From Nostoc sp. DedSLP01 (lineage in GTDB: Bacteria; Cyanobacteriota; Cyanobacteriia; Cyanobacteriales; Nostocaceae), in assembly GCA_034530875.2 (NCBI GenBank), contig JAVRCJ020000004.1, positions 1 through 64,000 of the forward strand: a DNA stretch of 64,000 nucleotides, in the 5' to 3' direction. Position numbers and translations under genes: made by a program. Below the pieces are notes generated by a model, which saw only the letters and a list, made by a program, of their open reading frames with translations, was not told the origin of the DNA and made no database searches. Within the stretch, counting starts at the first letter, position 1; each line of letters starts with the position of its first letter. Below are positions 50,853-61,658 of this stretch, piece after piece.

Positions 50853-53195
50853 ATGCCGCAATATTTTGGACAGCTGCATACAGCCGAGTCGCCTTGGTCA
50901 ATTTTAGGAGCAGTACAAGCAATACAACAAGACGATCGCCATATCCTCCTCAAATGCGGCATTCCCTGTTTAAAGATTAGCGTTCTAGCGCCAAACTTAA
51001 TTCGTGTCAGGATGACGCCGACTGGTGAATTTTCCCCGAGGCGATCGTGGGCTGTAACGCCAGCGGATGAAGAATGGCCAAAAGTACCATTTGAGGTACG
51101 AGAACAAGCACAGACGATAGAAATTACAACCGAGGAATTGTCTGTTGTCGTCTCTCGCAATCCTTGTCGGATTCAGTGCTTCGACTCAGCAGGGCAGCCC
51201 TTTGCTGAAGATGCAGATATGGGAATGGCATGGCGGACTGGTGCTGTTGCTGGGTGGAAGCGGATAGAAGCAGAAGAACATTTTTATGGTTTCGGCGAAC
51301 GTACTGGCTTATTAGATCGGCGATCGCAAGTCACAACTAACTGGACAACTGATGCCCTTGATTATGGGGTTCTGACAGATAGTATGTATCAAGCAATTCC
51401 CTTTTTTATCGCCTTGCGTCCGGGGTTGGGTTACGGCCTTTTTTTGAATACTACTTTTTGGAGCAGATTCGATATGGGCGCACAGCAACCTGGAATCTGG
51501 CGCATGGAAACTCAAGGAAGCGAACTCGATTATTACATTATTTACGGCCCGGAACCTGCAAAAATTATCCAGACTTACACCCAGCTAACTGGACGGATGC
51601 CCTTACCACCCAAATGGTCGTTAGGTTACCACCAATGCCGCTGGAGTTACGAATCACAGGATATCGTACAGAAACTAGCACAGGAATTTCGCCAAAGACA
51701 AATTCCTTGTGATGTTATCCATTTAGATATTGACTACATGAGTGGCTATCGGGTTTTTACCTGGAGTCCCAAGCGATTTGCTAACCCTCAAGAATTAATT
51801 CAAAATCTCAAGCAAAATGGCTTTAAAGTCACGACAATTATCGATCCAGGGGTAAAGTACGAACCAGAAGCAGATTACAAAGTATTTGATGAGGGATTAA
51901 AGAACGATTATTTTGTCCGTAAAACTAACGGTCAGCTATTCCACGGTTATGTTTGGCCTGACAAAGCTGTGTTTCCTGATTATCTGCGTCCCGAAGTTCG
52001 AGAATGGTGGGGAGATTTACTCAAGAGCTTAACCGACATCGGTGTTGCGGGTATCTGGAATGACATGAATGAACCCGCACTAGACGATCGCCCATTCGGC
52101 GACCCTGGCAACAAAATTTCCTTTCCCCTCGATGCCGCCCAAGGGTCAGCTGACGAAAGAACTAACCACGCTGAAACCCATAACCTGTACGGCTTAATGA
52201 TGGCACAGGCGTCTTATCAAGGACTTGCAAAATCGCGTCCGACAGAACGCTCCTTTTTCTTAACACGCTCAGGATTTGCAGGCATTCAGCGTTGGTCAGC
52301 AGTATGGACAGGAGACAATCAATCTCTGTGGGAATACTTAGAAATGTCCATACCAATGCTTTGTAACTTGGGGTTATCAGGGGTTCCCTTTGTGGGTGCT
52401 GATATTGGGGGATTTGCTGGGAATGCGACGGCGGAACTATTTGCTCGTTGGATGCAGTTGGGAATGCTTTATCCGGTCATGCGGGGACATTCAGCATTAA
52501 CAACAGCACAGCATGAACCTTGGACATTTGGCGATCGCGTTGAAAAAATTTGTCGCCAATACATTGAACTTCGTTACCAACTCTTACCCTACATTTACAC
52601 CCTTTTCTGGGAAGCCGCAACCACTGGCGCACCAATTCTGCGTCCCCTGCTTTATCATTTTCCCAATGACCCCAAGACTTTCGCCCTCGCAGACCAAGTA
52701 ATGCTTGGTTCATCATTACTAGCAGCACCAATTTATCGCCCAGGTGTCGAACACCGTGCCGTATATTTGCCTGAAGGTCATTGGTATGATTGGTGGAGTG
52801 GTGATACTTTTACAGGGCCGACTCATATTTTGGCACACGCACCACTCGAGCAAATGCCACTCTACGTCCGTGCTGGCTCAATTATTCCAATGGCACCAGT
52901 CATGCAATATGTAGATGAACGTCCCATAGACCAGATGAGGTTACGCATCTGGAAAGGCACAGGTGAGTTTACCCTTTATGAAGATGACGGTCATACTTTT
53001 GAATACAAAACAGGAGCCTTTTGCACAACAGTTTACCGCATTGATTCACAAGAGCAAGAAACTATTGTTGAAATTGAAACTAGAAAAGGAGAATTTTCAC
53101 CTGCAACACGTGAAATTATTGTGGAACTAGTTGGCATTGGCGAACAAAGCTTTGTAGATGATGGCACCGCACATCAGTTAAAGTTCTCTACTTAG
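50853..53195 (+). CDS. Glycoside hydrolase family 31 alpha-glucosidase
   Basis: YGFGE, GYHQCRWSY, LDIDYM, WNDMNEP, WTGDN, GADIGGF. Confidence 0.94.
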   Translation: MPQYFGQLHTAESPWSILGAVQAIQQDDRHILLKCGIPCLKISVLAPNLIRVRMTPTGEFSPRRSWAVTPADEEWPKVPFEVREQAQTIEITTEELSVVVSRNPCRIQCFDSAGQPFAEDADMGMAWRTGAVAGWKRIEAEEHFYGFGERTGLLDRRSQVTTNWTTDALDYGVLTDSMYQAIPFFIALRPGLGYGLFLNTTFWSRFDMGAQQPGIWRMETQGSELDYYIIYGPEPAKIIQTYTQLTGRMPLPPKWSLGYHQCRWSYESQDIVQKLAQEFRQRQIPCDVIHLDIDYMSGYRVFTWSPKRFANPQELIQNLKQNGFKVTTIIDPGVKYEPEADYKVFDEGLKNDYFVRKTNGQLFHGYVWPDKAVFPDYLRPEVREWWGDLLKSLTDIGVAGIWNDMNEPALDDRPFGDPGNKISFPLDAAQGSADERTNHAETHNLYGLMMAQASYQGLAKSRPTERSFFLTRSGFAGIQRWSAVWTGDNQSLWEYLEMSIPMLCNLGLSGVPFVGADIGGFAGNATAELFARWMQLGMLYPVMRGHSALTTAQHEPWTFGDRVEKICRQYIELRYQLLPYIYTLFWEAATTGAPILRPLLYHFPNDPKTFALADQVMLGSSLLAAPIYRPGVEHRAVYLPEGHWYDWWSGDTFTGPTHILAHAPLEQMPLYVRAGSIIPMAPVMQYVDERPIDQMRLRIWKGTGEFTLYEDDGHTFEYKTGAFCTTVYRIDSQEQETIVEIETRKGEFSPATREIIVELVGIGEQSFVDDGTAHQLKFST

Positions 53196-53399
53196 CTTTT
53201 TAGATTTTTTTCATTCCGAATTCCAAATTACGAATTAGGCGTAGGTTGGGTTGAGGAACGAAACCCAAAATTTTTGGTGTTGTTGGGTTTTACTACGTAC
53301 CCCCACGGAGAAGCAAGCTACAACCCAACCTCCAATTATCCTTCACTTTTTTAATTACAAATTACGTTAGCGTAGCCCATTACAAATGACGAATTAGTA

Positions 53400-54188
53400 T
53401 TAAGCTCCCATCCCAGAATACCGCTTTAAACCAATACGCCAAAGCAAGCGATTCGCACCTAAAAATATTAATATCCAACCCATCATTAAGAAAAATCCTT
53501 GCCATAAATCTACAGGTAACCCTACCAAAATACTTGCAGGAAAATTAACCAAATAGGGAAAAGGCGTAAACATAAGTATTTTCTGCACAGATTCTGGAAA
53601 AACCTCTAAGGGTGCTATCAAACCAGATAAAAATAGATAAAATAACAACCAAAAATTTTCTAAAGCAGTAGCCCGTTCTGTCCAAAAGGCAAACATAGCA
53701 AAGGTGTACTGAATTGTAAACCGTAAAATAAAAGCTAGCACTGCCGCCAATATAAACACCAAAAATTGGCTTAAACTTGGTATCCAAAAAGCTTGAGGAT
53801 AAAGAATAAAAAATAATCCGATTAATAAAAAAGCGAAGCTTAAGCGGGCAAATCTTTCCGCAATATGCCCTGCAAGATGATGCCATACTGGATCGAGTGG
53901 TTGTAGTAACTTGGGCGAAAGTTTGCCTTGTACCACCTCTCTTTCAAAGTCCCAAATTACCCAAACAACGGTAATTTGCCTAACAATAAAAACTGTAATG
54001 AAGTAACGCGCAAAATCTACAGGTGATAGCCCAAACTGTCCACCTTGAGACGCTTGTATCCATACACCCATGAGGATAATCGGCAAAGTGCCAGCTAAAA
54101 CCCATAAAATTAGTTCTGCTCGATACTCAAGCATATAGGCATAGTATACTGAGAGGAAGATTAAGGCTTTTCTAATTATTTTTTTCAT
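53400..54188 (-). CDS. ABC-2 family permease (DUF990 type)
   Basis: Multiple TM helices, EYRAE, GKLSPKLLQP, LSGLIAPL. Confidence 0.85.
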   Translation of the reverse strand: MKKIIRKALIFLSVYYAYMLEYRAELILWVLAGTLPIILMGVWIQASQGGQFGLSPVDFARYFITVFIVRQITVVWVIWDFEREVVQGKLSPKLLQPLDPVWHHLAGHIAERFARLSFAFLLIGLFFILYPQAFWIPSLSQFLVFILAAVLAFILRFTIQYTFAMFAFWTERATALENFWLLFYLFLSGLIAPLEVFPESVQKILMFTPFPYLVNFPASILVGLPVDLWQGFFLMMGWILIFLGANRLLWRIGLKRYSGMGA

Positions 54189-54246
54189 TATCTATTCACT
54201 TACCACAACAAAATTTAACCAGAATTCGGCAGTCAGAATTCAGCAC

Positions 54247-55233
54247 TTAAGAGTTAACAATCCCTTCCTGAAAAACTCGCCCAATCACTTCTTCCACTGG
54301 TGGTTCGGTTACTGTTAGATCGATTACCTCTAAATCCGCCAAAATTTTAGATACAGTACTGGTAAGAGTTTCTCGTGGTACTAAAAAACGCACTGTTCGC
54401 CCTTCTAAGAGTTGCACATCACCATAGGTTATGAGTTTTTCTTTGGCTAGAGGTTGGGCTAATTCGATATCAACTTCGCGGTAAGGAGCAAAACGTTCTA
54501 ATAACCCATCTAAGCTACCGTCATACATTAACGTTCCTTGGTGAATTAACAGCACCCGTTGACACAAAGCTGTGATGTCAGCCATGTAATGACTGGTTAA
54601 CAGTACTGTAGCTTGATAACGTTGATTGTACTCACGCAAAAAATCGCGGACTGCCGCTTGAGCATTGACATCCAGTCCCAGCGTTGGTTCATCTAGAAAC
54701 AATACGTGGGGACGGTGCAAAAGTGCTGCCAATAGTTCTGCCTTCATGCGCTCGCCCAAAGACAATTTCCGCACTGGTTGGGTAAGTTTGCCTTCCAAGG
54801 AAAGCATTTCTGTTAATTCTCCCACCCGCCGTTGAAAATCTTTGTCTGAGATATTGTAAACAGCAGCATTAATTCTTAAAGAATCCAGCGCTGGTAAGTC
54901 CCAAATTAACTGCTGCTTTTGCCCCATTACCAAGGTAATTTTTTGCAAAAATGCTTCTTGGCGGCGAAAGGGAACTTGTCCAGCTACTCTAACAGTACCG
55001 CTGGAAGGATGAATCAGCCCTGTGAGCATTTTGAGTGTGGTGGTTTTACCTGCACCATTTGGTCCCAAAAACCCCACTACTTCACCAGGAGTAATTTCAA
55101 AAGAAACATCCTGAACTGCTTTAATTGTGCGGTAGGTACGGCGGAAAAAATGGTTGATTGTACCTTGAATACCCGGATTTTTTACCGCCACTGGATAAGA
55201 TTTACTTAGTTTTTCAACTATGATAATTGACAT
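54247..55233 (-). CDS. ABC transporter ATP-binding protein
   Basis: GPNGAGKTT, LSLGERM, LFLDEPT, SHYM. Confidence 0.93.
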   Translation of the reverse strand: MSIIIVEKLSKSYPVAVKNPGIQGTINHFFRRTYRTIKAVQDVSFEITPGEVVGFLGPNGAGKTTTLKMLTGLIHPSSGTVRVAGQVPFRRQEAFLQKITLVMGQKQQLIWDLPALDSLRINAAVYNISDKDFQRRVGELTEMLSLEGKLTQPVRKLSLGERMKAELLAALLHRPHVLFLDEPTLGLDVNAQAAVRDFLREYNQRYQATVLLTSHYMADITALCQRVLLIHQGTLMYDGSLDGLLERFAPYREVDIELAQPLAKEKLITYGDVQLLEGRTVRFLVPRETLTSTVSKILADLEVIDLTVTEPPVEEVIGRVFQEGIVNS

Positions 55234-55737
55234 AATTTTTAATCTTAGAACTAGAGATAAGCAATTACAGCATTTTTTGGGTATTTAGACCACTAATTTA
55301 AGCAGGAGATAGGGAGTAGGCATTCGCGATGGAAAATTTTTCATCACCATGTATGTAAGTAGTTATTATCTCTTCCCTGTTAAGAATTCCCTACTTACTT
55401 GTAAGTAGGGAACGGTGTAGTTCAATTAGTTAAAATACCCTGTAAAAATTCAAAATCAAAAAAGTCTTTTGTTATCAAGCTATTAGCTATCCATCGTTTG
55501 CAATTTAAATGCAGATTAGTTCAAAGACAGATGAACACAGTTCGGCTATCTGCGTTCATCTGTAGTTCAGAGTATTTAAACGCGGATTTAGTCATCAGTT
55601 AGCATATAGAAATCCGATTTGATTTGGAGGATCGCTCGTAAGTGAGGGAACTCTTAACAGGCAAAAAAGTCTATCTAGCTTCGCAAAAATCAAGTAGGAG
55701 TCTATATTGGTAATTATCCAGCCAAAAGGCATAGATA

Positions 55738-57384
55738 TTACCGTAAACGCCCCGATCGCAGCGTACTAATAATTAGCCACAAACCCAATAAACTAGCGGC
55801 TGCAAACAAAACGCTGCTTAAAAAAGATAGCTGCGCTGTCTGCGCTCTGGTGCTAATAATTGCTGCTCCCATAATTAGCGAACCCACCAAAATGCTAAAA
55901 GACAATCGGTTAGCAGCGTCGTCCATAGTCCGCCGCACGCCGTCTAAGCCTCTGAGCGATAAATTCCACTGTAGGGTTTCGGAGGTTACTCGGTCTAACA
56001 ATAGTTCAATTTGCCGGGGAGATTGCAGGGACAGACTTTTTAGATCTAACGCTGTTCTTAAGAGCGATCGCACTGGATTATCGCCTAATAACTGGCGGCG
56101 AAACAAGTCTGTGATTAATGGCTTGACTTCATCAAAAAAATTCAAATCTGGATTGAATGTCCGGGCTACACCCTCTAAATTCGCTAGGGTTTTGGCATAC
56201 AATCCCATATTGCTCGGTAACCGAATTTTATTGTTGCGGGCAACTTGCAAAACTTCATAAATGATTTGGCTGAAGTTGATTTCCGTCAAGCTGACATTGT
56301 GATATTTTCGCAACATGCGATCGTAATCATTTTCTAAGCGCGACAAAATTACTGGCTGAGCAGAATCAGAAAGCTGCAAAGTCAGCTGAGCGCACCGCTG
56401 AGCGTCTAAATCCACGATCGCTAACAACATCTCTGTTAATATCTGCTGTGTGCGGGGATCGAGTCTTCCCACCATCCCACAGTCTAAAAGCGCAACGCGC
56501 CCATCTTTGAGATAAAACAAGTTTCCTGGATGGGGATCGGCATGAAAAAAGCCATCTATATATAGTTGCTGAAAAAATACCCGAAATAACAAAGTAGTTA
56601 TTTCTTTACGTTTTGTCCCAGCGTCTTTACCGTTGTTGATGCTGTCTAAATCCGCCGACAAAAACGGCACTCCATCCAACCATTCCATTACTAGTAATTT
56701 TTCTGTGGTCAAATCCCAGTAAATTTCTGCAACCACTATTTCTTTGGGATCGTACCAACGAGTGTTAGATAAATTGCGGCGCAATTGGTCTGTAAAACTC
56801 GCCTCGCGGGTAAAATCTAATTCGGCTTCTAGAGCTTTGGTAAATTCTTCAGCAATGGATTTAATTTCATAAGTTTGCCCAAAATCAGTACGCGCCACTA
56901 AATCGGCAATACCTTGAATTAAGGCAATATCTTGGGCAATAGTCAGATCGATTCCGGGACGCTGTACTTTCAAGGCGACTTCTCGACCATCAACTAATGT
57001 CGCTCGATGCGTCTGAGCAATCGATCCTGCCGCCACTGGAACGGGATTGATTGTACTGAAAGTTTCTGCCAGAGGGCGTTTTAACTCTTTGCGGATCGCT
57101 AATTCTATCTGCGACCACGGAACTGGCGGTACCTCGTCTTGCAGGGTTGACAGTTCTTCTATGTAGGCGGCGCTCAGTAAATCTGGACGAGTAGAGAGTA
57201 GCTGACCGAGTTTGACATAGACCGGACCTAAATCTACCAAAATATTTTTTAAAACCGCAGGCGTAGGTAGCTGGGGTTCATCAGCTTTGCCACCAGTTAG
57301 TAACCTTCGCATATAGTCCCAGCCATTGCGAAGGAAAACTTCAATGATTTCTCGTTGCCGGGGAACGGTTTGGGTTAGGAACAT
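55738..57384 (-). CDS. ABC1/UbiB (AarF) family atypical kinase
   Basis: LGPVYVKLGQLLS, AGSIAQTH, VALKVQRP, HADPHPGN, LDCGMVG; start probably MFLTQ at 57384 because the upstream extension is repeat-derived. Confidence 0.92.
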   Translation of the reverse strand: MFLTQTVPRQREIIEVFLRNGWDYMRRLLTGGKADEPQLPTPAVLKNILVDLGPVYVKLGQLLSTRPDLLSAAYIEELSTLQDEVPPVPWSQIELAIRKELKRPLAETFSTINPVPVAAGSIAQTHRATLVDGREVALKVQRPGIDLTIAQDIALIQGIADLVARTDFGQTYEIKSIAEEFTKALEAELDFTREASFTDQLRRNLSNTRWYDPKEIVVAEIYWDLTTEKLLVMEWLDGVPFLSADLDSINNGKDAGTKRKEITTLLFRVFFQQLYIDGFFHADPHPGNLFYLKDGRVALLDCGMVGRLDPRTQQILTEMLLAIVDLDAQRCAQLTLQLSDSAQPVILSRLENDYDRMLRKYHNVSLTEINFSQIIYEVLQVARNNKIRLPSNMGLYAKTLANLEGVARTFNPDLNFFDEVKPLITDLFRRQLLGDNPVRSLLRTALDLKSLSLQSPRQIELLLDRVTSETLQWNLSLRGLDGVRRTMDDAANRLSFSILVGSLIMGAAIISTRAQTAQLSFLSSVLFAAASLLGLWLIISTLRSGRLR

Positions 57385-57387
57385 TTT

Positions 57388-57500
57388 GGGATGTGGGGGG
57401 CAGGGGGCAGGGGGAGCAGGGGGGGCAGGGGAGGCAGGGGAGTGTGGGGGGAAAGATTGCTTCCCAATCCTCCCACACCTCCCACATCTCCCACACTTCC
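57388..57500. repeat. Tandem nonamer inverted-repeat cluster (STRR-like)
   Basis: GGGGCAGG(G) units followed by CCCACAC(C/T)T units. Confidence 0.7.
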
Positions 57501-57590
57501 TCGCTTGCCCAATACCTAATGCTCCCTTTTTGGACATTCAAGTTATAATGGAAAAATAGGCTTTTTAGCTTCTGCCAAGGGTTTTAACTT

Positions 57591-58757
57591 TTATAGCAGG
57601 TTAGTAAATCGGGAATCACTCTGAAGAATTTTCAGTATCTGCTTAATTTCCTGGGTACGTTCTTTTTTAACAACGAGGGTAACATTGCGATCGCGCACAA
57701 TGACTACATCCTCTAAACCAATAGTAACAACTACATCTTCGGGATTTGCAGCATAAACGATCGCCCCCTGTGTATCTAGTCCTACGTGAGTAGCAAGCTC
57801 TACATTGGGATTGTCTTCTGTTTTCAGTAAGCGTTCGATCGCATTCCAATCTCCGAGATCGTCCCAACCAAAGTCAACAGGCAAAACGTATGCTAGACTT
57901 GTCTTTTCCATGAGTGCATAGTCTATACTCTTCTTAGGTAACTGGGGATAGACATTAGGTCCCTGTTGTTCTAAAGGTTCAATAATTTCTGGAGCATGGG
58001 TGTGTAGTTCCTTGAGAACAACCCCAGCCCGAAAGATGAACATGCCACTATTCCAGCTAAAACGTCCCGTAGATAAAAAAGTTTCTGCTATTTCACGGTT
58101 GGGCTTTTCAGTAAAGCGGTTGACGTGATAAGCTGGCAGCTCGTTAAAGCTACCTATTTTTTCACCTTGTTCAATGTAACCGTAACCGGTTGATGGAAAA
58201 GTAGGCTTGATCCCCAATGTAACGATCGCTGCTGTGTTTGTCGCCAGTTGCGTGGCCGCGCTTAATGTGTCCTCAAACGCTTTTTGGTCGGCAATCCAGT
58301 GGTCAGCAGGGAAAAAGCCAATCACAGCGTCTTCACCATAACGCTGTTTGATTTCTAAACTTGCCCAAGCAACGGCTGCGGCTGTATCCCTTCCTTCTGA
58401 CTCAATTAGTAAGTTATTGGATGGTAGATTGGGTAATTGCTGCTTTACCCCTTCAGCTATCTGGCTAGAAGTGATTACCCACAAGGAATCCCAACCCGTT
58501 CGGGTTCGCCAGTCGCCTGCTGAGGAGCCAGCGCGGTCTTGGGGGTCTCCCCCATGAGCGACTGGCGTTGGAAACCCTCCCGCAGCGCTGGACTCACCGC
58601 CTGCTAGTGTTAACAAGCGATCGGCGGTTGCTTGTAATAAGCTTCTAGAGCTACCATCAAGGCTTAAAAATTGTTTGGGTCGGTCTCGTCGGCTTAAAGG
58701 CCAGAAACGTTCGCCCTTACCACCAGCAAGGATTACAGGGAACAATAAAGTATTCAT
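57591..58757 (-). CDS. manC: Mannose-1-phosphate guanylyltransferase carrying a 34-aa in-frame repeat-derived insertion
   Basis: LAGGKGERFWPLSR..PKQFL, GRDTA, PADH, TGYGYI, FTEKP, WNSGMF, SIDYALME, WDDLG. Confidence 0.92.
   Translation of the reverse strand: MNTLLFPVILAGGKGERFWPLSRRDRPKQFLSLDGSSRSLLQATADRLLTLAGGESSAAGGFPTPVAHGGDPQDRAGSSAGDWRTRTGWDSLWVITSSQIAEGVKQQLPNLPSNNLLIESEGRDTAAAVAWASLEIKQRYGEDAVIGFFPADHWIADQKAFEDTLSAATQLATNTAAIVTLGIKPTFPSTGYGYIEQGEKIGSFNELPAYHVNRFTEKPNREIAETFLSTGRFSWNSGMFIFRAGVVLKELHTHAPEIIEPLEQQGPNVYPQLPKKSIDYALMEKTSLAYVLPVDFGWDDLGDWNAIERLLKTEDNPNVELATHVGLDTQGAIVYAANPEDVVVTIGLEDVVIVRDRNVTLVVKKERTQEIKQILKILQSDSRFTNLL
58494..58595. mobile_element. Nested small dispersed repeats inserted in frame in manC (102 bp)
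   Basis: Outer CGCCAGTCGCCTGCTGAG/GGAAACCCTCCCGCAGCGCTGGACTC interrupted by an inverted 45-bp sister element (58525-58569); flanked by an ACC duplication. Confidence 0.75.
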
Positions 58758-58873
58758 GTTGTCATACAGGTCTACTGAAGAACATTACAAGTTTACAGTG
58801 AGCTTTTCCACTGGCAATATTTGTAGCTTGCATTAACATAACTTTTAGGGAGTGGTTCAGTGGGGAGATAATC

Positions 58874-60388
58874 GTGATAAAACAAGTCGAATGGTCGGAA
58901 AATCAGGTCACATCTCAACAAGTAGCATTGGAAAATGAAGTGCGATCGCCGCAACTTCAACATTCAGAAAATCAAGAAACATTTACGCCAGTAGCAGACC
59001 CCCAAGAGGAGGTAGAGCTAAACCAACCAGCCAATACCAATCGTAGCGTCGTCGAATCTGTAGGTACAATTCCCGATCAGTTTTTTGAGAGGCTGGGCTT
59101 AACCATGCCTCGATGGCTGTTTTGGATGATGACGGTTGTTATCGGCATTACTTTATCTGGATTGCTGGTTGCAACGTTAGCGCTGTGGACTCCGTTATGG
59201 AGCAATCTAGATCGAACAGATGACGATTTAGGAACTGCTAACAAAGACGAGCAAAAAGTCCCATTACCTGGTGAGTTATGGAGCAAACTCTCCCAGTACA
59301 AGCTTTCACGACCCATGAATATCTTAATTATGGGGATTGAACCAGTCAGCGGTACTGTGGATGGTTCGCCAGAAAGCTTTGCTGGTAAAAGCGACTCCAT
59401 GCTGCTAGTAAGGCTCAATCCTAGCGAAAAATCTGTACGGGTGCTTTCGATTCCTAGAGATACAATGATCGCCATCCCAGAAAAGGGAGAAAAGGGATTA
59501 ACTAAAGTATCTGATGCCAATGCCCAAGGCGGCCCAGTCTTGGCAGCACGGGTAGTTAGCCGCACCTTAAATAATGCTCCAATCGATCGCTATATTCGTA
59601 TTTCTACCAGCGGTTTACGCCAGTTAGTCGATCAATTAGGCGGTGTAGAAGTCTTTGTCCCCAAATCAATGGAATATAAAGACTCCAGCAGCCGACTGTC
59701 GATTAATTTAGTCAGTGGCTGGCAAACCCTCAACGGCGAACAAGCAGAACAGTTTGCTCGGTTCCGCGAACCAGGTTTGGGAGATCTGCCGAGAGTACAG
59801 CGTCAACAAGCACTCATAGCAGCACTGCTGCAACGCCTCAATAGTCCCACCCTCCTACCAAGGTTGCCTCAATTAACTCGCCTGATGCGAAAATATTTTG
59901 ACACCAACCTGAAAATGGAAGAAATGATGGCGTTGGTGAACTTCGGTCTGAATATAGATCGAGATAACTTCCAAATGACCGTTTTACCTGGGACGTTTAG
60001 CCGCTTTAGCAAAGACCCTGATAGCTATTGGCTGAACATGACCGGACAACAAAGCCTGTTGAATGATTATGTTGGGGTAAATGTACCTGGTCTCAAGCCA
60101 GATACACGGCGGGTTCCTAACCTCAAAATTGCTATTCAAAATGCCTCCAATCAACCTCAGCTAAGTGAAAAAGTTATTGCTTATCTTAAACAGAAAGGCT
60201 TTACTAATATTTACAAAGTGCCCGATTGGCCAGATACTCAACGTCAAACTCAGATTGTTGTCCAAAAAGGCAACCGCCGAGTTGGGACTGATTTGCAACA
60301 AATCTTAGGATTAGGTCAAATCGAGGTGGCGGCCATTGGTGATTTAGAATCCGATCTCACAATTCGCATTGGTAAAGATTGGAAATAG
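58874..60388 (+). CDS. LCP (LytR-CpsA-Psr) family protein with LytR_C domain
   Basis: TM helix, NILIMG, SDSMLL, LSIPRD, LGGVEV, ARFR..GDLPRVQRQQ, DLTIRIGKDW. Confidence 0.9.
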   Translation: MIKQVEWSENQVTSQQVALENEVRSPQLQHSENQETFTPVADPQEEVELNQPANTNRSVVESVGTIPDQFFERLGLTMPRWLFWMMTVVIGITLSGLLVATLALWTPLWSNLDRTDDDLGTANKDEQKVPLPGELWSKLSQYKLSRPMNILIMGIEPVSGTVDGSPESFAGKSDSMLLVRLNPSEKSVRVLSIPRDTMIAIPEKGEKGLTKVSDANAQGGPVLAARVVSRTLNNAPIDRYIRISTSGLRQLVDQLGGVEVFVPKSMEYKDSSSRLSINLVSGWQTLNGEQAEQFARFREPGLGDLPRVQRQQALIAALLQRLNSPTLLPRLPQLTRLMRKYFDTNLKMEEMMALVNFGLNIDRDNFQMTVLPGTFSRFSKDPDSYWLNMTGQQSLLNDYVGVNVPGLKPDTRRVPNLKIAIQNASNQPQLSEKVIAYLKQKGFTNIYKVPDWPDTQRQTQIVVQKGNRRVGTDLQQILGLGQIEVAAIGDLESDLTIRIGKDWK

Positions 60389-60690
60389 TCATTGGTCATT
60401 GTTAACTATCAAAGGACAGATGACAAACGGCAAAGTCTGAGCAGAGGAAACCTCCGTTCAGACTTTGTAATATAATGCCTGCCTAATTGCTTACCATGAC
60501 AGCCGTTTTCATCGTCTTGAACCACAATACAATCTTTTGTAGGGGCGTACAGTTAGCTGTACGTCCCTATTAATTAGGGTTTGCTGAAAATCTTTGCGTC
60601 CTCACCTCGCCCAAATAAGAAGCCTTTTACAAGGCATGATATTAAGAGAGGACAAAGCGCAAAATCTGAGTGTCGGCTTCCGGCGAACAG

Positions 60691-60735
60691 ACGGCAGTTC
60701 CTTTAAGCGGGGGAACCCCGCCAACGGACTGCCTC
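60691..60735 (+). repeat. 45-bp structured micro-element nested in another hairpin repeat
   Basis: ACGGCAGTTCCTTTAAGCGGGGGAACCCCGCCAACGGACTGCCTC; host repeat resembles 60432-60470. Confidence 0.7.
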
Positions 60736-60767
60736 AACTTTGTAAGAGAGAACAAATAATTAAAGTT

Positions 60768-61274
60768 ATGAAAAAGATTTTATTCCGCTTTTGGGGTTTG
60801 ATAGCGATTTTGCTACTAGCATGTATGTGGATAATACTTAATCCCAAACCGGCTTTTGCTCAGCTAAATACAATCAACTATAACAATATAAATTTAGAAA
60901 ATCGTGACTTTTCCCATGCTGACTTAGCGGGTGTAACTTTTGTTTCAGCAGAAATGCGAGGGACAAATTTTCAAGGTACGAATTTAACCAACGCAATTAT
61001 GACTAAAGGAGTTTTATTAAAAGCAAATTTGGAAGGCGCGAACCTGACTGGCGCTTTAGTCGATCGCGCGACTATGGATGGTGCTAACCTGAAAAATGCC
61101 ATATTTACAGAAGCAACTTTAACCCGCAGCCGCTTTTATGATGCTGATGTCACTGGCGCTGATTTTAGCGATGCTTTAATTGACCGCTATCAAGTCTCGC
61201 TATTGTGTGAAAGAGCCGATGGTGTAAATCCAGTTACAGGTGTGTCAACGCGGGATAGTTTGGGCTGTAATTAA
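60768..61274 (+). CDS. Exported/lumenal pentapeptide repeat protein
   Basis: Signal peptide ending PAFA, A(D/N)LxG repeats, C-terminal [20 protein letters not shown]; true start ATG 60768. Confidence 0.88.
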   Translation: MKKILFRFWGLIAILLLACMWIILNPKPAFAQLNTINYNNINLENRDFSHADLAGVTFVSAEMRGTNFQGTNLTNAIMTKGVLLKANLEGANLTGALVDRATMDGANLKNAIFTEATLTRSRFYDADVTGADFSDALIDRYQVSLLCERADGVNPVTGVSTRDSLGCN

Positions 61275-61275
61275 T

Positions 61276-61357
61276 GAAGGCAGGAGGCCGTTTTTGTAAC
61301 GAGGATTTATACGCCGTTCCAAAAACTTTGGACAAAGTACGGTTTTAGACCGGATTG
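61276..61357 (+). repeat. ~85-bp dispersed repeat, copy 2
   Basis: Near-identical to 47962-48050. Confidence 0.75.
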
Positions 61358-61658
61358 TTTCGATAAATAATTTCAGTTTTGAACTGCAAAATAGAAAATT
61401 TTGCCTCACAAATGGAAGATAAACCTACTTGATTAGGCTATAGATTTTTTTGTACTTGCTCAGAATTCATGAGCAAACACAAAATAAACTTAAAGCAACG
61501 TGAGTTCGACGGATAGAAAAGCCCAAAAAGCCCACTAGAGAGGAATTTGCTTAACTGGGCAGGTGAAGTGCGATCGCTACGATAGATGGAGAACGGATAA
61601 AAAAGTCACAAAAAAAGACCGAGACTAAGAATATCTAACAAAAATAAGGGTCTCGGCT

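Noticed and set aside
57385..57537. Cys/Pro-rich N-terminal extension of the ABC1 kinase (CGRCGRCGR, PPAPPAP)
   Set aside because: Translation of tandem nonamer repeats, not a metal-binding domain
60594..60767. N-terminal extension of the pentapeptide protein
   Set aside because: Reads through nested dispersed repeats; the signal peptide starts at ATG 60768
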